In this document: piece after piece, positions 1 through 8,403 of the stretch
Layout: each line of letters opens with the position of its first letter
How positions within the stretch are numbered: the stretch's first letter is position 1
NCBI RefSeq assembly: GCF_044338735.1
Contig: NZ_JBIIWV010000001.1
Location: 1 to 49,474 of the forward strand
Length of the DNA: 49,474 nucleotides
Reading direction: 5' to 3'
Source: Flavobacterium sp.
GTDB lineage: Bacteria; Bacteroidota; Bacteroidia; Flavobacteriales; Flavobacteriaceae
The notes under the pieces: generated by a model
Seen by the model: only the letters and a program-made list of their open reading frames with translations
Databases searched by the model: none
What the model was told of the DNA's origin: nothing
Program-made: the position numbers and the translations under genes

Positions 1-2
1 TA

Positions 3-833
3 GAAGGACAAAAGGCAATTCAATCATTAGTTGAGGTTTATTCAAATTGGGTTCCAAAGAACAAAATAATAACAACTAATTTATGGTCTTCTGAATTATC
101 TAAATTAACAGCAAATGCTTTTTTAGCGCAACGAGTTTCTTCAATTAATGCACTAAGCGAATTATGTGAAAAAACGGGTGCCGATGTGAATGAAGTTGCT
201 CAAGCAATTGGATTAGATAGTAGAATTGGCCCAAAATTTTTGAAAGCTTCAGTAGGTTTTGGAGGATCTTGTTTTCAAAAAGATATATTGAACCTAGTAT
301 ATATTGCAAAATCTTATGGACTTGATGAAGTAGCCGACTATTGGGAGCAAGTAATAATCATGAATGACCATCAAAAAAGACGATTTGCAAAAAATATTAG
401 TACTACATTGTATAATACTGTTGCGGGTAAAAAAATAACTTTTTTAGGTTGGGCTTTCAAAAAAGATACAAATGATACAAGAGAATCAGCTGCTATTTTT
501 GTTGCAGATGACTTGCTAAATGAACAAGCAAATATTGCTGTTTTTGATCCAAAAGTAAATGAAAAACAAATATTATCTGATCTAGATTATCTAGGTTCAA
601 GATTACCTAACGAGAATCAAAAACAACTAAAAGTTTTTAATAATCCCTATGAAGCGTGTCATCAAGCACATGCAATTGCTGTTTTAACAGAATGGGATGA
701 GTTTAAATCGTATGATTGGCAAAAAATATATGATCAAATGTTGAAACCTGCATTCATTTTTGATGGTCGAAATATTTTGGATAGAAAAGCATTGGAAAAA
801 ATAGGTTTTGTGTATAAAGCAATTGGGAGTTAA
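3..833 (+). CDS. ugd: UDP-glucose 6-dehydrogenase, 5' truncated by window edge
   Basis: Frame is open from base 3 (…TTNLWSSELSKLTANAFLAQRVSSIN…). It has the catalytic GFGGSCFQKD motif and a C-terminal LGWAFKKDTNDTRES…FDGRN. Confidence 0.93.
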   Translation, partial: EGQKAIQSLVEVYSNWVPKNKIITTNLWSSELSKLTANAFLAQRVSSINALSELCEKTGADVNEVAQAIGLDSRIGPKFLKASVGFGGSCFQKDILNLVYIAKSYGLDEVADYWEQVIIMNDHQKRRFAKNISTTLYNTVAGKKITFLGWAFKKDTNDTRESAAIFVADDLLNEQANIAVFDPKVNEKQILSDLDYLGSRLPNENQKQLKVFNNPYEACHQAHAIAVLTEWDEFKSYDWQKIYDQMLKPAFIFDGRNILDRKALEKIGFVYKAIGS

Positions 834-849
834 TTCTTAGAAGAGAATA

Positions 850-880
850 GAAAAAGCCTTTACTTAGTAAAGGCTTTTTC
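850..880. terminator. Bidirectional intrinsic terminator between convergent ugd and SLBB gene
   Basis: Perfect 14-bp inverted repeat gaaaaagcctttac-tta-gtaaaggctttttc with A/T tracts on both sides. Confidence 0.85.
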
Positions 881-939
881 TTTATAAAAGATAATTAATT
901 TTTATAAATTAAATTATATAAGAAGTTTTTGAACAGATT

Positions 940-3231
940 TTATCTAAATACTGCTAATAGTATTCCAGCTAAACTGGCCAATACACTTGAAATTCCTACA
1001 ATTTCTCCCGTACTTGTTTTTTGTCTTTCTGGTCTTTCTGGCACAATAATTTCACTACCTGGTAACACTTTTGGATAACTTCTAAATCCTAAAAAGGAAC
1101 CACAAGTACTTGCTGAGCCATTTGCATGAACTACATAAACTTTCTTCAACCAGCCTTTATCGTTAACACCTCCAGAGTTACTTAAATAATATTTAAGACC
1201 TTTCCCTTTTTTATAAGGCACTTCTGTAGAAAACATAACATTGCCAGAAACAATTACTGTCAATTTCTTTTTAGGAATACTAATAGAATCGTTAAGTTCT
1301 AAAAATAAGTTGCGTGAACTTGCCGGTTTTTTAGAAATTTCTTCCCAATCAATTGGAATATTTAATTTGTTTCGTATTACTTTAATAGCATTAGCATCTG
1401 CTTCATCAGTTAATCCTCCAGCTCTAGTAATGAAATCTAAAACACGTTCCTCTTTTTTTACAATAGCATAGGCACCAGGGTATAAAACCTCTCCAGTAAC
1501 TTTTACCATTTGAGGGGTTTCAAATGTTACGATACGTCGAACTACAACATGGTCTTGTGCTTCTAAAATAAATCCAGATGCTTGTTCTGGGTTTTTAGGA
1601 TCTATATTCAAATCAAATGAAATTATTTTTTCCTTATCATTAGGGTTAAAAACAGCATCTTTTTTATTTCTAAAAACAGTCACATTACTCGCCGCTTCAT
1701 CTGTAAAATACTCTGATTCAAGTAATAAATCATAAAGTGTCATGCCGTTTGCATAATTATAAGTTCCGGGTTTACGTACTTCACCATCAATTGATATTTT
1801 ATAGGTATCAAGAAGTTCTTGATTATAAAAAATGAGTAGCACGTCTTCTTTTTGCAAAACGAGATTAGCAGACGCATCACCATTTAATACATCTTGTAAA
1901 TTGATGTTAAGATATTCTTTTGTAAAATCTTCTTTTTGACGAATAAGAGAAGCTTTCTTTACATATACATTTTCTTTAAGTCCATCTGCTTTAGCAATCA
2001 AATCTTTGATGGTCATTGCTGATTGGTTAGAAAGACTATATTCGCCAGGACGATAAACCGCTCCTTTTATTTGTACTCGATTTTCATAACGATCTAAAAT
2101 TTTATCTACACTAATTAAATCACCTGCTTTAGGCATATAATTAGCAAATGTTTTTTCATTTAAATCGGTTACCTTTAACTCACTGGTTGTTTTTTGTTTG
2201 ACTAAAATTCTATTTTTATAAGCATTATCGGTAAATCCTGAAGCATATGTAATAATTTGTTGTAAATTTTCAGTTGCTACAACTTCAAAAATACCAGGTC
2301 TTTTAATTTCTCCTTCTAGCGTAACTCGGGCTTCATAACTTGGGATTCGAATCATATCATTATCCGTAAGGGAAACATTATCACTTTGGTCACCTTTGGT
2401 TAAAAAACGATATAAATCAATGGTGCGAATAATTTTATTATTTCTAATTAATTCTATTTTTCGGTAACTTCCAATATCGCTAGGACCTCCTGCAACATGT
2501 AAAGCATTATAAACCGAACTCATGGCACTCAATCTGTAATTACCCGATTGTTGTGCACCTATTATAGTAACTAAAATAGTACGATAATTTGAAACGCTTA
2601 CCGAAATTTTGCTGCTTCCAGAAGCAACAGTTGAATAAATTCTGGAAATTTGTTTTTGCAGTTTGCTTTTAACGGCTTCAAAAGGTAAACCGCTCACAAA
2701 CACTTCACCTACATTTGGAATATTTATGGTTCCATTTTTTGATACTAATCCTGTAAAATTAAACTGTTGAACCCCATATATGTTGATGTCTAATTCGTCT
2801 CCAGGCCCTAAAATATAGTTGGAAGAAGTTGGCATGTTTTGATTGGGTTCAAAGGATAAGCTTTTTGAGGTAAACAATTCGGATCCAAAAACAACTACAT
2901 TTTTAGCAGCCAATACACTTCCGTCTTGAGTAATTACAGCACCTGCTTTTTTCTGTTCTTCTTTGACTTCGGTAGGCACAACCGTATTGGATTGTAATCT
3001 AACTTTTAACTGTGTGAATTCCGAGGCGGACATCCCTTTGGCTAAGGCCAAGGGTTCTGCTTGTTCTATGGTCATTTGGTTGGCTTTGAGTTCCTTGCCA
3101 ATTTGTGCAATTTGGGCCTCCGAAAATTGAGCGGCTCTGACCTGACTTAAATCAGACCCTTTTAAAAACTCTTGTCCAAATGATACTGTAACAAATAGAC
3201 TAAAAAAACAAACCAATATAATGCGCTTCAT
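940..3231 (-). CDS. Polysaccharide export protein with multiple SLBB domains (Wza/KpsD-like)
   Basis: Poly_export motif NYILGPGDELDINIYG, repeated SLBB motifs (GEIKRPG, GAVYRPG, GEVRKPG, GEVLYPG) and a C-terminal hydrophobic helix. Start moved to ATG 3231 (MKRIILV…SFGQ signal peptide) because the ORF-track TTG at 3261 sits inside a promoter -7 box. Confidence 0.88.
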   Translation of the reverse strand: MKRIILVCFFSLFVTVSFGQEFLKGSDLSQVRAAQFSEAQIAQIGKELKANQMTIEQAEPLALAKGMSASEFTQLKVRLQSNTVVPTEVKEEQKKAGAVITQDGSVLAAKNVVVFGSELFTSKSLSFEPNQNMPTSSNYILGPGDELDINIYGVQQFNFTGLVSKNGTINIPNVGEVFVSGLPFEAVKSKLQKQISRIYSTVASGSSKISVSVSNYRTILVTIIGAQQSGNYRLSAMSSVYNALHVAGGPSDIGSYRKIELIRNNKIIRTIDLYRFLTKGDQSDNVSLTDNDMIRIPSYEARVTLEGEIKRPGIFEVVATENLQQIITYASGFTDNAYKNRILVKQKTTSELKVTDLNEKTFANYMPKAGDLISVDKILDRYENRVQIKGAVYRPGEYSLSNQSAMTIKDLIAKADGLKENVYVKKASLIRQKEDFTKEYLNINLQDVLNGDASANLVLQKEDVLLIFYNQELLDTYKISIDGEVRKPGTYNYANGMTLYDLLLESEYFTDEAASNVTVFRNKKDAVFNPNDKEKIISFDLNIDPKNPEQASGFILEAQDHVVVRRIVTFETPQMVKVTGEVLYPGAYAIVKKEERVLDFITRAGGLTDEADANAIKVIRNKLNIPIDWEEISKKPASSRNLFLELNDSISIPKKKLTVIVSGNVMFSTEVPYKKGKGLKYYLSNSGGVNDKGWLKKVYVVHANGSASTCGSFLGFRSYPKVLPGSEIIVPERPERQKTSTGEIVGISSVLASLAGILLAVFR

Positions 3232-3258
3232 GTGTTCGATACTAATAATTATATGTTG

Positions 3259-3288
3259 CAAATATACTAAAAACTTCTTAAGGTCAAA
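3259..3288 (-). promoter_or_regulatory. Bacteroidota sigma70 promoter for SLBB gene
   Basis: Minus strand reads TTTG (3288-3285), an 18-nt spacer, then TATATTTG (3266-3259), matching the TTTG/TAnnTTTG consensus. Confidence 0.65.
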
Positions 3289-3342
3289 CAGGGTGCTTAG
3301 ATTCCAATTATATTGAAAATTTCAATGGTTTAATAGTGACTT

Positions 3343-3376
3343 TTTGAACAATATTTCAGTGAATAGAGTATATTTG
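3343..3376 (+). promoter_or_regulatory. Bacteroidota sigma70 promoter for upxY, probably leaderless
   Basis: TTTG at 3343-3346 and TATATTTG at 3369-3376; the ATG follows at 3381. Confidence 0.62.
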
Positions 3377-3380
3377 CGAA

Positions 3381-3839
3381 ATGAATTGGTATGCTATTTA
3401 CACAAAGCCTCGAAACGAAAAGAAAGTCGCCGATAAATTAGAATCTATAGGTATAGAAGCGTATTGTCCTACAGTTACCACCACTAAACAGTGGAGCGAT
3501 CGTAAGAAAAAAGTGACAACTCCCGTATTACCTTCCTACATATTCGTGAAAATTACCGAACCTAGGCGCAATGAAGTTTTTGTAGTATCAGGTGTGGTGC
3601 GTTATGTCTTTTGGCTGGGTCAACCTGCTATTATTAGACAAGTTGAAATTGATCAATTGAAAGAGTATCTTGCACAAGATTATACTAAAGTAATTCAAAC
3701 AGCACTGCAGCGCGGAGATAAATTAATTATTCCGTCAGGTCCTTTTAAAGGTCAAGAAGGGGTAATAAAAACTACCACAAATTCTAAAATTCAATTGGTA
3801 TTGGAATCCTTAGGCATTTTACTGACATTGGAAAAATGA
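3381..3839 (+). CDS. upxY: UpxY-family (NusG paralog) transcription antiterminator
   Basis: NGN domain MNWYAIYTKPRNEKKVA…WSDRKKKV…PVLPSYIFV and KOW motif GDKLIIPSGPFKGQEGVI; polysaccharide-locus context. Confidence 0.93.
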   Translation: MNWYAIYTKPRNEKKVADKLESIGIEAYCPTVTTTKQWSDRKKKVTTPVLPSYIFVKITEPRRNEVFVVSGVVRYVFWLGQPAIIRQVEIDQLKEYLAQDYTKVIQTALQRGDKLIIPSGPFKGQEGVIKTTTNSKIQLVLESLGILLTLEK

Positions 3840-4210
3840 ACAAAGTTGAACTTAAATCAATGATATAATATCCTAACTTCAAAAGATATTTATTAGTAAA
3901 TTTACAAAATGAAAACAGCAGATTTGAACCCTATTTTTCAAACCCTGATACCAGAAGCAGAATGGAGCTTGATAAAAAAAGTAAGCCTAAAATTTAAGGA
4001 TTTAACCTGTTTAAAGTGGATCAGTTTTGGCAATAAATCATCTATCGTCGTTATTATTTAAAGGCAATCTAAAAGGATCAATTGGTAAAAAAAGTAGCCC
4101 TTTCCAAAGCTACTAAAGGCGAATTAAAGCAAAACATTAAATCCTTTAATCAATATTTGAAATCTGATGTTTAGCAACCTTACTTTTTTTGCTATTTTTT
4201 TCAAAAATAA

Positions 4211-4240
4211 TTTGAAATATAAAAAATAAGAGTACTTTTG
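4211..4240 (+). promoter_or_regulatory. Probable promoter of the wHTH gene and downstream long operon
   Basis: TTTG 4211-4214 and TACTTTTG 4233-4240, 19 nt upstream of ATG 4260. Confidence 0.6.
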
Positions 4241-4259
4241 TTATTCAATCCAATTCTGC

Positions 4260-4766
4260 ATGCTTGCAAATTTAATTACTTCAAAAACTAGGTTGCGCTT
4301 ATTAGTGAAGTTTTTCATTAATACAGCAAACGACGGCTATTTGAGAGGATTGGCCACCGAAATGCACGAAAACACCAATTCCATTCGTAAAGAACTAAAC
4401 AACCTGTCCGAAGCAGGGTTTATTATACGCAAGGAGCAAGAATCAAAAGTTATTTATAAAGCAAACAAACAACACCCGTTTTTCTCATTATTACAACAAA
4501 TAGTAAGGAAACACATTGGGTTAGATGATATTATTGAATCAATTGTAGATAGAATTGGTTCAATCAACCGTGTTTTTTTAATTGGCGATTATGCAAAAGG
4601 CATCGATTCGGGCCAAATAGATGTAGTGATTGAAGGCGATGTAGTTGACGAAAAGTACCTTGCACAATTGAAACCAAAAATTGAAATCGAAATACAAAAA
4701 ACCATCACCTTTCATATTACCAAGTATTATGAAGGCAATGGGGTATTGGTTTTTCAACAAGAATAA
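4260..4766 (+). CDS. Winged-helix (ArsR/MarR-like) regulator with degenerate nucleotidyltransferase-like C-terminal domain
   Basis: N-terminal SKTRLRLL…YLRGLATEMHENTNSIRKELNNLSEAGFI wHTH. The C-terminal VFLIGDYAKGIDSGQIDVVIEG resembles the MNT GS…DxD motif. Confidence 0.72.
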   Translation: MLANLITSKTRLRLLVKFFINTANDGYLRGLATEMHENTNSIRKELNNLSEAGFIIRKEQESKVIYKANKQHPFFSLLQQIVRKHIGLDDIIESIVDRIGSINRVFLIGDYAKGIDSGQIDVVIEGDVVDEKYLAQLKPKIEIEIQKTITFHITKYYEGNGVLVFQQE

Positions 4767-4796
4767 GTAAACCAAATAGGTTTATAAACCAAAATT

Positions 4797-4833
4797 GTTA
4801 GCCCAAAAATGGGACTGACCAGGCGAAGCCGTG
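4797..4833 (+). promoter_or_regulatory. Candidate pause hairpin plus ops-like UpxY recruitment element
   Basis: Hairpin GTTAG-CCCA-aaaa-TGGG-a-CTGAC (4797-4819), then GGCGAAGCCGTG (4822-4833), 8/12 identical to enterobacterial ops GGCGGTAGCGTG. It lies upstream of wzz. Confidence 0.5.
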
Positions 4834-4839
4834 GAGTTA

Positions 4840-5060
4840 ATTAGTTAATTTGAAAATTCGTTATTCAATATTTATTGTTCAGTATTACTTAATCAAACGT
4901 AGACTTCAAGAGCCTCAGTCAACTGATATAACAACAACCCAATACTCACTTGGTCCTTTGCGAAATCCTTGCGAACATTGCGGTTAAAATAAAAACAAGT
5001 ATAACTAAAAAGTAAAAGGGCATTAGCTAAACCCTAACGCACAAAACCTTTAACCTAATA
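4840..5060. repeat. Intergenic mosaic of degenerate short tandem repeats
   Basis: ttcgtta/ttcaata 7-mers and a 9-10-nt period element cttggtcctttgcgaaatccttgcgaacattgcggttaaa (4949-4988). Confidence 0.6.
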
Positions 5061-5069
5061 CCCGAAAAA

Positions 5070-6134
5070 ATGGAAACACCAAACGACGAAATCACCCTAA
5101 AAGAACTCCTTCTTAAAGCAAAAGAATGGTATGTTTTTTTACTTTCTAAATGGAAAACAATTGTTTTAGCCGGAATCGTTGGCGCCCTTCTAGGTTTGGG
5201 CTACTCGTTTTACAAAAAACCAGTATATACTGCCACACTCACTTATGCTTTAGAAGACGGAAAACCCGCAGGAGGTGGATTAGGAAGTTTGGCCAGTTCA
5301 TTCGGATTAGATTTTGGAAGCGCAGGAAGCAATAGCGGGGCGTTTTCAGGATCCAACTTAATGGAATTATTTAAATCGCGTGCTATGGTAGAGCAAACGT
5401 TATTAGCACCCGTATTACAAAACAGCAAAACCATTTCCTTAGCCGAAATGTACATAAAAGATAAGAAGTGGCGTGAAAACTGGGATGAAAATCCTGCTTT
5501 AAAAAGCCTTACATTTTTACCTAATTCCGATAGAACTAAATTTACCAGAGCACAAGACAGCATTTTTGGTGTAATTTATTCGGATTTATCCAAAAACGCC
5601 CTTGTTGTAGAACAAAAAGATAAAAAGGTAGCCATTGGAACCATTACTATGAAAGGCACTAACGAATATTTTGCGCAACAGTTTAACTTAGCATTGACGC
5701 AAACCGTTACCAATTTCTATATAGAAACCAAAAGTAAACGCGCTAAAGAAAATATGGATATCTTAGAACGCCAAACCGATTCCATTCGTGGCGAACTTAA
5801 TGGCGCGATAACAGGTGTAGCCGTCGCAAATGACAACACATTCGGATTAAACCCGGCTCTAAACGTAAAACGCGTTCCTTCGGCCAGACGTCAAGTAGAT
5901 GTGCAAGCCAACACCGCTATATTAAACGAAATTGTAAAACAAACTGAATTAGCCAAAGTAACCCTTCGTAAAGAAACTCCATTAATACAAGTCATCGATC
6001 AGCCTATTTTACCGTTACCAAAAGAAAAATTCGGAAAAGCGAAAGGAATTATATTAGGCGGCATCTTAGCTGGTTTTTTAACCATTTTAGGATTGATAAT
6101 AAGAAGGATTTTTAAAGAAATTTCGGGTAGTTAA
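5070..6134 (+). CDS. wzz: Polysaccharide chain-length determinant (Wzz family)
   Basis: DEITLKELL N-terminus, TM1, KPVYTA motif, coiled coil, PLIQVIDQPILP proline-rich motif and TM2 (GIILGGILAGF). No kinase domain. Confidence 0.88.
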   Translation: METPNDEITLKELLLKAKEWYVFLLSKWKTIVLAGIVGALLGLGYSFYKKPVYTATLTYALEDGKPAGGGLGSLASSFGLDFGSAGSNSGAFSGSNLMELFKSRAMVEQTLLAPVLQNSKTISLAEMYIKDKKWRENWDENPALKSLTFLPNSDRTKFTRAQDSIFGVIYSDLSKNALVVEQKDKKVAIGTITMKGTNEYFAQQFNLALTQTVTNFYIETKSKRAKENMDILERQTDSIRGELNGAITGVAVANDNTFGLNPALNVKRVPSARRQVDVQANTAILNEIVKQTELAKVTLRKETPLIQVIDQPILPLPKEKFGKAKGIILGGILAGFLTILGLIIRRIFKEISGS

Positions 6135-6425
6135 TTTGATAATTTGGCAATTTGAAGATTTGAAAATTCGTTGTTCAATATATTAAGAAGTGAAAAGTGA
6201 AAAGTGGCAAAGTAGCAAAGTAGCAAAGTGAAAAGTAGCAAAGTTCGCTCATTCCTTCATTCGCTAATCCGCTAATTAACTAATTCCAAAATCGTCACTT
6301 CGAGTGTTTTTTATAAAATTGCCCAAGCTATTTTGTAAAAAATGTATCGAGAACAACGGAAAATAATTATACAATTACACAATGTGCCAATTTGATAATG
6401 CGTCAATTTGAAAATTTGAACCTAT
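6135..6425. repeat. Intergenic micro-repeat mosaic
   Basis: 8-mers atttgata/atttggca/atttgaag/atttgaaa, 7-8-mers aagtgaa/aagtagca (6188-6244), ttcgctca/ttcgctaa, and aatgtgcc/aatttgat/aatgcgtc. Confidence 0.75.
6294..6353. repeat. REP-like imperfect palindrome (gtcacttcgag…tatcgagaa type)
   Basis: tcga…ttttttataaaat (6307-6319) pairs with attttgtaaaaaa (6330-6342)…tcga. Confidence 0.55.
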
Positions 6426-6722
6426 TTGCATCAGAATAAAACAAAGCTTAACTTAAAACAATTGATTAAAGATAAAATAATATACCAACCTAATCATCAT
6501 TTAGAATCATCTATAGAAGTATGGATTGAAGATGAAACCGTTTGGCTTACACAAGCTCAGATGGCACATCTTTTTGAGGCTACCAAACAAAATATTAGTC
6601 TTCATATTAATAATGTTTTTAAAGAAAAAGAACTTCAAGCCGATTCAGTTGTCAAGGAATACTTGACTACTGCTTCTGATGGAAAAAGGAGTCAAAGCCG
6701 AACAAAGCGCAGCAAAACCTGA
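6426..6722 (+). pseudogene. Truncated RhuM-family (virulence RhuM / Fic-associated) N-terminal fragment
   Basis: IIYQP…IEVWIEDETVWLTQAQMAHLF…KQNISLHINNVFKEKEL…SVVKEYLTTASDGK is the typical RhuM N-terminus. Similarity stops abruptly at about 6690, where the KxY…YYNLD continuation is missing. Confidence 0.75.
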
Positions 6723-6751
6723 AACATTAAACCTGAAACAAAAAAACTAAA

Positions 6752-7168
6752 ATGAAAAAAGCCATAATAGTCTCCGGATATTTCAACCCCATCCACAAAG
6801 GTCATATTGAATATTTCAACAATGCCAAAGCGTTAGGCAATTATCTTATTGTAATTGTCAACAACGACAAACAACGTGCTTTAAAAGGCAGTAAAGAATT
6901 TCAAAAAGAAGACGAGCGGGTATTTATCGTGTCCAACATTAAAAGTGTAGACCAAGTGTTTCTATCTATAGATGAAGACCGAACCGTTTGTGCCACCATA
7001 CAATTTATACACAAACAATTAAATAATGACTACCAATTGGCATTTGCTAATGGTGGCGACCAAAACAATAATTCCATACCCGAAGCACCAGTTTGTAAAA
7101 CATTGGGAATAACATTACTAGATGGGTTGGGCGATAAAATTCAATCGTCAAGTTGGTTGTTGAAATAA
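6752..7168 (+). CDS. Cytidylyltransferase (TagD/RfaE-domain-II-like, HIGH superfamily)
   Basis: VSGYFNPIHKGH HIGH motif, ANGGD and C-terminal KIQSSS. Confidence 0.85.
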   Translation: MKKAIIVSGYFNPIHKGHIEYFNNAKALGNYLIVIVNNDKQRALKGSKEFQKEDERVFIVSNIKSVDQVFLSIDEDRTVCATIQFIHKQLNNDYQLAFANGGDQNNNSIPEAPVCKTLGITLLDGLGDKIQSSSWLLK

Positions 7169-7190
7169 TAGACTAAATTAATTTCGTGAA

Positions 7191-8159
7191 ATGAGTAAAA
7201 TTTTAATAACAGGGGGAGCAGGTTTTATAGGGTCAAATCTTTGCGATTATTTTATTCAAAAAGAATTTAAAGTTGTCTGTTTAGATAATTTTGCAACAGG
7301 ACATTTGCATAATTTAGATTCTATTATAAATAATCCGAATTTCACATTGATTGAAGGAGATATAAGGAATATTGAAGATTGTCAAAAAGCAGTTGAGGGA
7401 GTTGATTATGTTCTACATCAAGCCGCTTTAGGTTCTGTACCTCGTTCTATAAATGACCCTGTTACAACAAACGATGTGAATGTTTCAGGATTTTTAAATA
7501 TGTTGACCGCCTCACGTGATGCTAAAGTTAAGCGTTTCATCTATGCTGCTAGCTCCTCAACTTATGGAGATTCGCAGGGATTGCCAAAGGTGGAAGACGT
7601 AATAGGTAAACCTCTTTCTCCATATGCCATCACCAAATATGTAAATGAATTGTACGCTGAAATTTTTAGTAAAACGTATGGGATTGAGACTATAGGACTA
7701 CGTTATTTCAATGTATTTGGTCGCAAACAAGATCCAAATGGAGCATATGCCGCAGTAATACCTAAATTTGTTATGCAGTTTATGAACTATGAAAGCCCTG
7801 TGATTAATGGAGATGGAAATTACTCTAGAGATTTCACTTATATAGACAATGTTATTCAAATGAATGAATTGGCTATGTTAACTGAAAATCCTGAAGCTGT
7901 AAATACAGTTTACAATACGGCTTTTGGAGACAGAACAACCCTTACTCAATTAGTCCAATTATTAAAAGATAATTTGGCGCAGTTTGACCCAAAAATTGCT
8001 GAGGTGGAGGTAATATATGGACCTAATAGAGCGGGAGATATCCCTCATTCTTTAGCCAGTATTGAAAAAGCTAAAAATAACTTAGAATACAATCCTAAAT
8101 TCTCAATAGAAGCTGGAATTAAAGAAGCGGTTTCTTGGTACTTTCATAATTTAAAGTAA
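7191..8159 (+). CDS. wbpP: UDP-GlcNAc(A) 4-epimerase (WbpP/TviC family)
   Basis: GGAGFIGS, HQAALGSVPRSINDP, SSSTYGD, PLSPYAITK and QDPNGAYAAVIPK, all characteristic of WbpP/TviC. Confidence 0.88.
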   Translation: MSKILITGGAGFIGSNLCDYFIQKEFKVVCLDNFATGHLHNLDSIINNPNFTLIEGDIRNIEDCQKAVEGVDYVLHQAALGSVPRSINDPVTTNDVNVSGFLNMLTASRDAKVKRFIYAASSSTYGDSQGLPKVEDVIGKPLSPYAITKYVNELYAEIFSKTYGIETIGLRYFNVFGRKQDPNGAYAAVIPKFVMQFMNYESPVINGDGNYSRDFTYIDNVIQMNELAMLTENPEAVNTVYNTAFGDRTTLTQLVQLLKDNLAQFDPKIAEVEVIYGPNRAGDIPHSLASIEKAKNNLEYNPKFSIEAGIKEAVSWYFHNLK

Positions 8160-8228
8160 ATAGCAGTTGTTGGTTTTGGTTACATAGGTTTGCTTATAGC
8201 GGGTTTATTTGCCACAAAAAATAATTAA
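8160..8228 (+). pseudogene. 5' remnant of a nucleotide-sugar dehydrogenase (WbpO/TviB-like)
   Basis: Directly after the wbpP stop the DNA reads IAVVGFGYIGLLIAGLFATKNN*. This aligns with IGIIGLGYVGLPLSVAFAEK at the start of the intact gene at 19568. No start codon. Confidence 0.7.
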
Positions 8229-8403
8229 TATTTGTACTTTTATTTTTTTAATTATTACACGTTTTTTAGAGTTTTTAATATTGAAAATCTAAACTTCATA
8301 TAAGTGAGTTGTAAATTTCAAAAAATCAATTAACAAAAATGTAGTATTTATGTATACACAGTATTTCTTTTAGTGAATAGATAAATAATTTATTAAATAT
8401 ATT

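Noticed and set aside
3836-4173. Possible decayed upxZ-like gene starting at an ATGA overlap with upxY
   Set aside because: The frame has four internal TAA stops and no recognisable similarity; it cannot be distinguished from AT-rich spacer without a search.
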